Positions 1-11,570 of a stretch of 64,000 nucleotides of DNA are shown here, one piece after another (the stretch's first letter is position 1; every line of letters starts with the position of its first letter). Source of the DNA: the human T2T-CHM13v2.0 reference genome, Homo sapiens. The stretch lies in NCBI RefSeq assembly GCF_009914755.1, contig NC_060948.1; one strand, 5' to 3'. The notes beneath the pieces are model-generated. The model searched no databases. It saw only the letters and a list, made by a program, of their open reading frames with translations, and was not told the DNA's origin. A program made the translations under genes and the position numbers.

Positions 1-734
1 AAGAAAGGTTCAAATATATGAGATGAATGCACACATCACAAAGAAGTTTCTCAGAATCTCTCTGTGTAATTTTTATGTGAAGATATTTCCTTTCCCACCT
101 TAGGTCTTAAAACGCTCCAAATATCCACTTGCAGATACTACAAGAAGATTGTTTCAAAACTGCACAAAAAAAGAAATGTTCAATTCTGTTTGATGAATGC
201 ACACATCACAAAGAAGTTTCTCAGAATGCTTCTCTGTAGTTTTTATGTGAAGATATTTCCTTTTCCACAATAGGCCTCAAAGGGCTCCAAATATCCACTT
301 CCAGATTCTATGAAAAGAATATTTCCAAACTGCTCAATCATAGGAAATGTTCAACTCTGTGAGATGAATGCACACATCACAAGAAATTTCTCAGAATCCT
401 TCAGTGTAGGTTTTATGAGAAGATAATTCCTTTTCCACAATAGTTCTCAAAGCACTCAAAATATCCACTTGCAGATTCTACAAAAGGAGTATTTCAAAAC
501 TGCTCAATCAAAAGAAAGGTTCAACTCTGTGGGATGAATGGACACATCACAAAGAAGTTTCTCAGAATGCTTCTGTGTAGTATTTTTGTGAAGATATTTC
601 TTTTCCACCATAGACCGCCAGGGGACACAAATATCCACTTTCAGATTCTACAACAAGAGAGGTTCAAAACTACTCGATCAAGAGATGGTTTCAACTATGT
701 GAGTTGAATGCACACATCACAAAGAACTATGTCG

Positions 735-740
735 GAATTC
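735..740. other. EcoRI site, once per HOR (classical unit-defining site)
   Basis: GAATTC in gtcggaattcttc, recurring in each unit; would release 5.78-kb and 6.13-kb fragments. Confidence 0.85.
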
Positions 741-2128
741 TTCTGTGTAGTTTTTATGTGAAGATATTTCCTTTTCCACAATAGACGTCAAAGTGATCCA
801 GATATCCACTTGCAGATTCCACAAAAAGAGTGTTTCAAAAGTGCACAACCAAAAGAAAGGTTCAACTAGGTGAGATGAATGCACACATCAGAAGGAAGTT
901 TCTCAGAATGCTTCTGCATAGCTTTTAAGGGAAGATACTTCCTTTTCCAACATAGGCCTCAAAGCACTCCAAATATCCTCCTGGAGATACCACAAAAAGA
1001 GTGTTTGCAAACTGCTCAATCAAAAGAAAGATTTAACTCTGTGAGATGAATCCGCACATGACAAAGAAGTTTCTCAGAATGCTTCTGTGTAGTTTTTATG
1101 TGAAGATATTTCCTTTTCCACAATAAGACCCAAAAGGCTCCAAATATTCACTTGCAGATTCTAAAAAAAACAGTGTTTCAAAACTGCTCAATCAAAAGAT
1201 AGTTCAACTCTGTGAGAAGAATGCTCACATCACTGAGAAGTTTCTCAGAATGCTTCTGTGTAGTTTTTATATGAAGATATTTCCTTTCCCACCGTAGGCC
1301 ACAAAAGGCTCCAAATATCCACTTGCAGATACTATGAAAAGAGAGTTTCAAAACTGCTCATTCAAAAGATAGGTTCAACTCTGTGGTTTGAATGCACACA
1401 GCACAAAGAAGTTTCACAGAATGTGTCTGTGTAGTTTTTATGTGCGGATGTTTCCTTTTCCACCATATGCCTAAATATTTCCCAATTTCCACTTGCAGAT
1501 TCCACAAGAAGAGTGTTTCAAAACTGCTGTATCAAATAAAGTTGAACTCTGTGAGGTGAATGCACACAGCACAAAATGGTTTCTCAGAATGCTTCCTTGT
1601 TGTTTTTATATGAAGATGTTTCCTTTTCAACAATAGGCCTCAAAGTGCTTCAAATGTCCACTTGCAGATTCTACAAAAAGAGTGTTTCAAAACTGCTCAA
1701 TCAAAAGAAAGGTTCGACTCTGGGAAATTAATGCACACATCACAAAGAAGTTTCTCAGCTTCTGTGTAGTTTTCATGTGAAGTTATTTCCTTTTCCACAA
1801 TAGGCCGCAAAGGGCTCCAAATATCAACTTACAGATTCTAGGAAAAGAGAGTTTCAAAACTGCTCTACGAAAAGATAGGTTGAACTCTGTGAGATGAATG
1901 CACACATCACAAAGAAGTTTCTCAGAATGCATCTGTGTAGTTTTTACGGGAAGATATTTCCTTTTCCACCATCTTCCACAAAGGTCTCCAAGTAACCACT
2001 TGCAGACTCTACAGAAAGACACTTTAAAAACTGCTCTATCAAAAGATCAGTTCAAGTCTGTGGTTTGAATGCACACATCACAAAGAATTTTCTCAGAATG
2101 CTTCTGTGTAGTTTTCATATGAAGATAT

Positions 2129-2145
2129 TTCCTTTTCCACCATAG
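2129..2145 (+). other. pJalpha (A-box) motif at the position where B-type monomers carry a CENP-B box (representative copy)
   Basis: TTCCTTTTCCACCATAG matches the pJalpha consensus TTCCTTTTYCACCRTAG; variants of it occupy this position in every monomer I read. Confidence 0.75.
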
Positions 2146-5100
2146 GCCTCAAAGCACTCCAAATATCCACTTGCAGATTCTACAAAAAGAGATTTTCAAA
2201 ACTAGTCAATCAAAAGAAAGGTTCAACTCTGTCAGTTGAATGCACATATCACAAACAAGTTTCTCGGAATGCGTCTGTGTAGTTTTTATGTGAAGATATT
2301 TCCTTCTCCACAACAGGCCTCAAAGTGCTCCGAATATCCACTTGCAGATTTTACTAAAGAGTGTTTCCAAACTGCTCAATCAAGAGGAAGTTTCAAGTCT
2401 GTGAGCTGAACGCACACATCACAAAGTAGTTTCTGAGAATGCTTCTGTGTAGTTTTTATGTGAAGATGTTTCCTTTTCCACCATAGGCTGCAAGGGGCTC
2501 CAAATATCCACTTGCAGATTCTACAAAAAGAGAGTCTCAAAAGTGCTCTATCAAAAGATAGGTTCAACTATGTGATATGAATGCACACATCACAAAGTAG
2601 TTTCTCAGAATGCTTCTGTGTAGTTTTTATGTAAAGATATTTCCTTTTCCACCATAGGCCTCAAAGCACTCCAAATATCCACTTGCAGATTCTACAAAAA
2701 GAGATGTTCAAAACTATTTAATCAAAAGAAAGGTTCAAATCTGTCAGTTGAAGGTACATATCACAAACAAGTTTATTGGAATGCTTCTGTGTAGTTTTTA
2801 TGTGAAGATATTTCCTTTTCCACAACAGGCCTCAAGGTGCTCCAAATATCCACTTGCAGATTTCACTAAAAGTGTGTTTCCAAGCTGCTCAATCAAGAGG
2901 AAGTTTCAAGTCTGTGAGGTGAATGCACACATTACAAAGAAGTTGCTGAGAATGCTTCTGTGTAGTTTTTATGTGAAGATATTTCCTTTTCCACCACAGG
3001 CCTCAAAGCACTGCAAATATCCACTTGCAGATTCTACAAAAAGAGAGTTTCAAAACTGCTGTATCAAAAGATAGGGTCAACTCTGCGAGTTGAATAAACA
3101 CATCACAAATAAGTTTCTGGGAACGCTTCTGTATAGTTTTATGTGAATATATTTCCTTTTCCACCATATGCCTCAAAGCACTCCAAATATCCACTTGCAC
3201 ATTATAGAAACATAGTCTTTCAAAACTTGTCAATCAAAGAAAGGTTCAACTCCGTGAGATGAGTGCACACATCACAGAGAAGTTTCTCGGAATGTTTCTG
3301 TGTAGTTTTTATGTGAAGATATTGCCTTTTCCACAATAGGCCTCAAAGCGTTCCAAATATCCAATTGCAGATTCCACAAAAAAAGTTTTTTAAAACTGCT
3401 CAATCAAATGATAGATTAAACTCTGTGAGATTAGTGCACACATGTCAAAAAAGTTTCTCAGAATGCTTCTGTGTACTTTTTAGGGGAAGATATTTCCTTT
3501 TCCACCATCGGCCACAAAGGACTCCAAATAACCACATGCAGATTCTAGTAACACAGAGTTTCAAAACTGCTCTATCAAAAGATAAGTTCAACTCTGAGAG
3601 TTTAGTGCAACCATCGTGAAGAAGTTTCTCAGAATGCTTCTGAGTAGTGTTTATGTGAAGATATTTCCTTTTCCACCATAGGCCTGAAAGCCCTCCAAAT
3701 ATCCACTTGCAGATCCTACAAAAAGAAAGTTTCGAAATGCTCTCTCAAACGATAGTTTCGACTCTGTGGTATGAATACACACATCACAAAGAAGTTTCTC
3801 AGAATGCTTCTGTGTAGTTTTTAAATGAAGATATTTCTTTTTCCACCATAGGCCTCAAAGCACTCCAAATATGCACTTCCAGATTCTACAAAAAGAGTGT
3901 TTCAGAACTGCTCAATCAAAAGGAAGGTTCCAGTCTGAGACAAATACACACATCAAAAGGTAGTTTCTCAGAATGCTTCTGTGTAGTTTTTATGTGAAGA
4001 TATTTTCCTTTCCACCATAGGCCACAAATGGCTCTAAATACCCACTTACATTTTCCACAAAAAGAGAGTTTCAAAACTGCTCTACCAAAGGTAAGTTTAA
4101 CGCTGTGAGTTAAGAACATCACAAAGAAGTTTCTCAGAATGCTTCTGTGTAGTTCTTACGTAAAGATATTTCCTTTTACACAATAGGCAGAAAAGTGCTC
4201 CAAATATCCACTTGAAGATTCTACAAAAACCGTGTTTCAAAACTGCCGAATCAAAAGAAAGGTTCAACTCTGTGAGATGAATGCACACATAACAAAGGAG
4301 TTTCTCAGAATGCTTCTGTGTAGCTTTAATATGAAGACATTTAGTTTTCCACAACAGGCCTCAAAGCTCTCTCCATATCCACTTGCAGATTCTACCGAAA
4401 GAGTGCTTCCAAACTGCTCAATCAAAAGAGACATTCAAATCTGTGAGGTGAATGCAGACATCGTAAAGAAGTTTCTCAGAATGCTTCTGTGTATTTTTTG
4501 TGTGAAGTTATTCGTTTTTGCACCATAGGCCTCCAAGCGTTCTAAATATCCACTTCTAGATTCTACAAAAAGAGAGTTTCAAAACTACTCAAACAAAAGG
4601 TTCAATTCTGTGAGTTGAAAGCAAACATCACAAAGAAGTTTCTCAGAATGCGTCTGTGTAGTTTTTATGTGAAGATATTTCCTTTTCACAGTAGAATGCA
4701 AAGGGCTCCAAATATCCACTTGGAGATTCTACAAAAAGAGTTTCAAAACCGCTCTGTCAAATGATAGGTTGAACTCCCGGAGGTGAATACACACATCACA
4801 AAGAGGTTTCTCAGCATGCTTCTGTGTAGTTTTTATGTAAACATATTTCCGTTTCTATCATAGGCCTCAAAGTGCTCCAAATATTCACTTGTACATTCTA
4901 CCAAACGAGTATTTCAAAACTGCTCAATCAAATGGAAGGTTCAAAACTGTGACATGAATGCCCACATCACAAAGTAGTTTCTCAGAATGCTTCTGTGTAG
5001 TTTTTATGTGAAGATATTTCCTTTTCCACAACAGCGTGCAAAACGCTTCAAATATGCCCTTAGAGATTCCACAAAAAGAGTGTTTCCAAACTACTCAAAT

Positions 5101-5316
5101 CAAAAAATGATTTCAACTCTGTGAGATGAATGCACACATCACAAACTAGTTTCTCAGAATGTTTCTGCCTGGTTCTCATGCGAAGATAGTTCCTTTTTCA
5201 CCATAGGCCGCAATGTACTCCAAATATCCACCTGCAGATTCTACAAAAGTGAGTTTCAAAACTGCTCTATCAAAAGATCAGTTCGTCTCTGTGAGTTGAA
5301 TGCATACATCAAAAAG

Positions 5317-5322
5317 AAGCTT
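5317..5322. other. HindIII site common to all complete HOR units
   Basis: AAGCTT in aaaaagaagcttctc; recurs at 11102, 16887, 23014 etc. Confidence 0.85.
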
Positions 5323-5785
5323 CTCAAAATGCTTCTGTGTGGTTTTTCGGTGAAGATAGTTCTTTTTCTACCATAGGTCTCAAACCACTCCAAATATCCA
5401 CTTGTAGATTCTATAAAAAGGAATGTTCAAAATTGCTCAATAAAAATAAAGTTTCAACACCGTGAGATGAGTGCACAAATCACAAAGAAGTTTCTCAAAA
5501 TGCTTCTGGGTAGTTTTTCTGTGAAGATAGTTCCTTTTCTACCATGGGCCACAAAGGGCTCCAAATACCCACTTGCAGATTCTACAAAAAGAGAGTTTCA
5601 CAACTGCTCTATCAAACAATATGTTCAACTTTGTGGGTTGAACACAAATATCACAAGAATTTTCTCCCAATGCTTCTGTGTAGTTTTTATGTGAAGACAT
5701 TTCTTTTCCCTCCATAGTCCACAAAGTGCTCCAAATATCCACTTACATATTCTAGAAAAAGATTGCTTGGAAACTGCACAATGAA

Positions 5786-8700
5786 AAGAAAGGTCCAAAT
5801 ATATGAGATGAATGCACACATCACAAAGAAGTTTCTCAGAATCTCTCTGTGTAATTTTTATGTGAAGATATTTCCTTTCCCACCTTAGGTCTTAAAACGC
5901 TCCAAATATCCACTTGCAGATACTACAAGAAGATTGTTTCAAAACTGCACAAAAAAAGAAATGTTCAATTCTGTTTGATGAATGCACACATCACAAAGAA
6001 GTTTCTCAGAATGCTTCTCTGTAGTTTTTATGTGAAGATATTTCCTTTTCCACAATAGGCCTCAAAGGGCTCCAAATATCCACTTCCAGATTCTATGAAA
6101 AGAATATTTCCAAACTGCTCAATCATAGGAAATGTTCAACTCTGTGAGATGAATGCACACATCACAAGAAATTTCTCAGAATCCTTCAGTGTAGGTTTTA
6201 TGAGAAGATAATTCCTTTTCCACAATAGTTCTCAAAGCACTCAAAATATCCACTTGCAGATTCTACAAAAGGAGTATTTCAAAACTGCTCAATCAAAAGA
6301 AAGGTTCAACTCTGTGGGATGAATGGACACATCACAAAGAAGTTTCTCAGAATGCTTCTGTGTAGTATTTTTGTGAAGATATTTCTTTTCCACCATAGAC
6401 CGCCAGGGGACACAAATATCCACTTTCAGATTCTACAACAAGAGAGGTTCAAAACTACTCGATCAAGAGATGGTTTCAACTATGTGAGTTGAATGCACAC
6501 ATCACAAAGAACTATGTCGGAATTCTTCTGTGTAGTTTTTATGTGAAGATATTTCCTTTTCCACAATAGACGTCAAAGTGATCCAGATATCCACTTGCAG
6601 ATTCCACAAAAAGAGTGTTTCAAAAGTGCACAACCAAAAGAAAGGTTCAACTAGGTGAGATGAATGCACACATCAGAAGGAAGTTTCTCAGAATGCTTCT
6701 GCATAGCTTTTAAGGGAAGATACTTCCTTTTCCAACATAGGCCTCAAAGCACTCCAAATATCCTCCTGGAGATACCACAAAAAGAGTGTTTGCAAACTGC
6801 TCAATCAAAAGAAAGATTTAACTCTGTGAGATGAATCCACACATGACAAAGAAGTTTCTCAGAATGCTTCTGTGTAGTTTTTATGTGAAGATATTTCCTT
6901 TTCCACAATAAGACCCAAAAGGCTCCAAATATTCACTTGCAGATTCTAAAAAAAACAGTGTTTCAAAACTGCTCAATCAAAAGATAGTTCAACTCTGTGA
7001 GAAGAATGCTCACATCACTGAGAAGTTTCTCAGAATGCTTCTGTGTAGTTTTTATATGAAGATATTTCCTTTCCCACCGTAGGCCACAAAAGGCTCCAAA
7101 TATCCACTTGCAGATACTATGAAAAGAGAGTTTCAAAACTGCTCATTCAAAAGATAGGTTCAACTCTGTGGTTTGAATGCACACAGCACAAAGAAGTTTC
7201 ACAGAATGTGTCTGTGTAGTTTTTATGTGCGGATGTTTCCTTTTCCACCATATGCCTAAATATTTCCCAATTTCCACTTGCAGATTCCACAAGAAGAGTG
7301 TTTCAAAACTGCTGTATCAAATAAAGTTGAACTCTGTGAGGTGAATGCACACAGCACAAAATGGTTTCTCAGAATGCTTCCTTGTTGTTTTTATATGAAG
7401 ATGTTTCCTTTTCAACAATAGGCCTCAAAGTGCTTCAAATGTCCACTTGCAGATTCTACAAAAAGAGTGTTTCAAAACTGCTCAATCAAAAGAAAGGTTC
7501 GACTCTGGGAAATTAATGCACACATCACAAAGAAGTTTCTCAGCTTCTGTGTAGTTTTCATGTGAAGTTATTTCCTTTTCCACAATAGGCCGCAAAGGGC
7601 TCCAAATATCAACTTACAGATTCTAGGAAAAGAGAGTTTCAAAACTGCTCTACGAAAAGATAGGTTGAACTCTGTGAGATGAATGCACACATCACAAAGA
7701 AGTTTCTCAGAATGCATCTGTGTAGTTTTTACGGGAAGATATTTCCTTTTCCACCATCTTCCACAAAGGTCTCCAAGTAACCACTTGCAGACTCTACAGA
7801 AAGACACTTTAAAAACTGCTCTATCAAAAGATCAGTTCAAGTCTGTGGTTTGAATGCACACATCACAAAGAATTTTCTCAGAATGCTTCTGTGTAGTTTT
7901 CATATGAAGATATTTCCTTTTCCACCATAGGCCTCAAAGCACTCCAAATATCCACTTGCAGATTCTACAAAAAGAGATTTTCAAAACTAGTCAATCAAAA
8001 GAAAGGTTCAACTCTGTCAGTTGAATGCACATATCACAAACAAGTTTCTCGGAATGCGTCTGTGTAGTTTTTATGTGAAGATATTTCCTTCTCCACAACA
8101 GGCCTCAAAGTGCTCCGAATATCCACTTGCAGATTTTACTAAAGAGTGTTTCCAAACTGCTCAATCAAGAGGAAGTTTCAAGTCTGTGAGCTGAACGCAC
8201 ACATCACAAAGTAGTTTCTGAGAATGCTTCTGTGTAGTTTTTATGTGAAGATGTTTCCTTTTCCACCATAGGCTGCAAAGGGCTCCAAATATCCACTTGC
8301 AGATTCTACAAAAAGAGAGTTTCAAAAGTGCTCTATCAAAAGATAGGTTCAACTATGTGATATGAATGCACACATCACAAAGTAGTTTCTCAGAATGCTT
8401 CTGTGTAGTTTTTATGTAAAGATATTTCCTTTTCCACCATAGGCCTCAAAGCACTCCAAATATCCACTTGCAGATTCTACAAAAAGAGATTTTCAAAACT
8501 ATTTAATCAAAAGAAAGGTTCAAATCTGTCAGTTGAAGGTACATATCACAAACAAGTTTATTGGAATGCTTCTGTGTAGTTTTTATGTGAAGATATTTCC
8601 TTTTCCACAACAGGCCTCAAGGTGCTCCAAATATCCACTTGCAGATTTCACTAAAAGTGTGTTTCCAAGCTGCTCAATCAAGAGGAAGTTTCAAGTCTGT

Positions 8701-11570
8701 GAGGTGAATGCACACATTACAAAGAAGTTACTGAGAATGCTTCTGTGTAGTTTTTATGTGAAGATATTTCCTTTTCCACCGCAGGCCTCAAAGCGCTGCA
8801 AATATCCACTTGCAGATTCTACAAAAAGAGAGTTTCAAAACTGCTGTATCAAAAGATAGGGTCAACTCTGCGAGTTGAATAAACACATCACAAATAAGTT
8901 TCTGGGAACGCTTCTGTATAGTTTTATGTGAATATATTTCCTTTTCCACCATATGCCTCAAAGCACTCCAAATATCCACTTGCACATTATAGAAACATAG
9001 TCTTTCAAAACTTGTCAATCAAAGAAAGGTTCAACTCCGTGAGATGAGTGCACACATCACAGAGAAGTTTCTCGGAATGTTTCTGTGTAGTTTTTATGTG
9101 AAGATATTGCCTTTTCCACAATAGGCCTCAAAGCGTTCCAAATATCCAATTGCAGATTCCACAAAAAAAGTTTTTTAAAACTGCTCAATCAAATGATAGA
9201 TTAAACTCTGTGAGATTAGTGCACACATGTCAAAAAAGTTTCTCAGAATGCTTCTGTGTACTTTTTAGGGGAAGATATTTCCTTTTCCACCATCGGCCAC
9301 AAAGGACTCCAAATAACCACATGCAGATTCTAGTAACACAGAGTTTCAAAACTGCTCTATCAAAAGATAAGTTCAACTCTGAGAGTTTAGTGCAACCATC
9401 GTGAAGAAGTTTCTCAGAATGCTTCTGAGTAGTGTTTATGTGAAGATATTTCCTTTTCCACCATAGGCCTGAAAGCCCTCCAAATATCCACTTGCAGATC
9501 CTACAAAAAGAAAGTTTCGAAATGCTCTCTCAAACGATAGTTTCGACTCTGTGGTATGAATACACACATCACAAAGAAGTTTCTCAGAATGCTTCTGTGT
9601 AGTTTTTAAATGAAGATATTTCTTTTTCCACCATAGGCCTCAAAGCACTCCAAATATGCACTTCCAGATTCTACAAAAAGAGTGTTTCAGAACTGCTCAA
9701 TCAAAAGGAAGGTTCCAGTCTGAGACAAATACACACATCAAAAGGTAGTTTCTCAGAATGCTTCTGTGTAGTTTTTATGTGAAGATATTTTCCTTTCCAC
9801 CATAGGCCACAAATGGCTCTAAATACCCACTTACATTTTCCACAAAAAGAGAGTTTCAAAACTGCTCTACCAAAGGTAAGTTTAACGCTGTGAGTTAAGA
9901 ACATCACAAAGAAGTTTCTCAGAATGCTTCTGTGTAGTTCTTACGTAAAGATATTTCCTTTTACACAATAGGCAGAAAAGTGCTCCAAATATCCACTTGA
10001 AGATTCTACAAAAACCGTGTTTCAAAACTGCCGAATCAAAAGAAAGGTTCAACTCTGTGAGATGAATGCACACATAACAAAGGAGTTTCTCAGAATGCTT
10101 CTGTGTAGCTTTAATATGAAGACATTTAGTTTTCCACAACAGGCCTCAAAGCTCTCTCCATATCCACTTGCAGATTCTACCGAAAGAGTGCTTCCAAACT
10201 GCTCAATCAAAAGAGACATTCAAATCTGTGAGGTGAATGCAGACATCGTAAAGAAGTTTCTCAGAATGCTTCTGTGTATTTTTTGTGTGAAGTTATTCGT
10301 TTTTGCACCATAGGCCTCCAAGCGTTCTAAATATCCACTTCTAGATTCTACAAAAAGAGAGTTTCAAAACTACTCAAACAAAAGGTTCAATTCTGTGAGT
10401 TGAAAGCAAACATCACAAAGAAGTTTCTCAGAATGCGTCTGTGTAGTTTTGATGTGAAGATATTTCCTTTTCACAGTAGAATGCAAAGGGCTCCAAATAT
10501 CCACTTGGAGATTCTACAAAAAGAGTTTCAAAACCGCTCTGTCAAATGATAGGTTGAACTCCCGGAGGTGAATACACACATCACAAAGAGGTTTCTCAGC
10601 ATGCTTCTGTGTAGTTTTTATGTAAACATATTTCCGTTTCTATCATAGGCCTCAAAGTGCTCCAAATATTCACTTGTACATTCTACCAAACGAGTATTTC
10701 AAAACTGCTCAATCAAATGGAAGGTTCAAAACTGTGACATGAATGCCCACATCACAAAGTAGTTTCTCAGAATGCTTCTGTGTAGTTTTTATGTGAAGAT
10801 ATTTCCTTTTCCACAACAGCGTGCAAAACGCTTCAAATATGCCCTTAGAGATTCCACAAAAAGAGTGTTTCCAAACTACTCAAATCAAAAAATGATTTCA
10901 ACTCTGTGAGATGAATGCACACATCACAAACTAGTTTCTCAGAATGTTTCTGCCTGGTTCTCATGCGAAGATAGTTCCTTTTTCACCATAGGCCGCAATG
11001 TACTCCAAATATCCACCTGCAGATTCTACAAAAGTGAGTTTCAAAACTGCTCTATCAAAAGATCAGTTCGTCTCTGTGAGTTGAATGCATACATCAAAAA
11101 GAAGCTTCTCAAAATGCTTCTGTGTGGTTTTTCGGTGAAGATAGTTCTTTTTCTACCATAGGTCTCAAACCACTCCAAATATCCACTTGTAGATTCTATA
11201 AAAAGGAATGTTCAAAATTGCTCAATAAAAATAAAGTTTCAACACCGTGAGATGAGTGCACAAATCACAAAGAAGTTTCTCAAAATGCTTCTGGGTAGTT
11301 TTTCTGTGAAGATAGTTCCTTTTCTACCATGGGCCACAAAGGGCTCCAAATACCCACTTGCAGATTCTACAAAAAGAGAGTTTCACAACTGCTCTATCAA
11401 ACAATATGTTCAACTTTGTGGGTTGAACACAAATATCACAAGAATTTTCTCCCAATGCTTCTGTGTAGTTTTTATGTGAAGACATTTCTTTTCCCTCCAT
11501 AGTCCACAAAGTGCTCCAAATATCCACTTACATATTCTAGAAAAAGATTGCTTGGAAACTGCACAATGAA
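5786..11570 (-). repeat. HOR unit 2, 34-mer (5785 bp)
   Basis: Near-identical copy of unit 1 at +5785. Confidence 0.95.

Larger units (their letters stand above)
1..5785 (-). repeat. HOR unit 1, 34-mer (5785 bp)
   Basis: aagaaagg-t[t/c]caaatatatgagatg recurs at 1 and 5786; 5785/34 = ~170 bp per monomer. The phase is arbitrary, set by the window start. Confidence 0.95.

Noticed and set aside
3377-3395. aaaaaaagttttttaaaa as a terminator or hairpin
   Set aside because: A low-complexity A/T variant of the normal aaaaagagtgtttcaaaa segment, with no GC stem or gene context.
4845-4865. Possible degenerate CENP-B box (ttccgtttctatcatag)
   Set aside because: It lacks the CCCG and CGAA core bases needed for binding.
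5415-5452. TATAAAA and AATAAA motifs suggesting promoter or poly-A signals
   Set aside because: Expected by chance in AT-rich satellite; nothing in the sequence supports a transcription unit.
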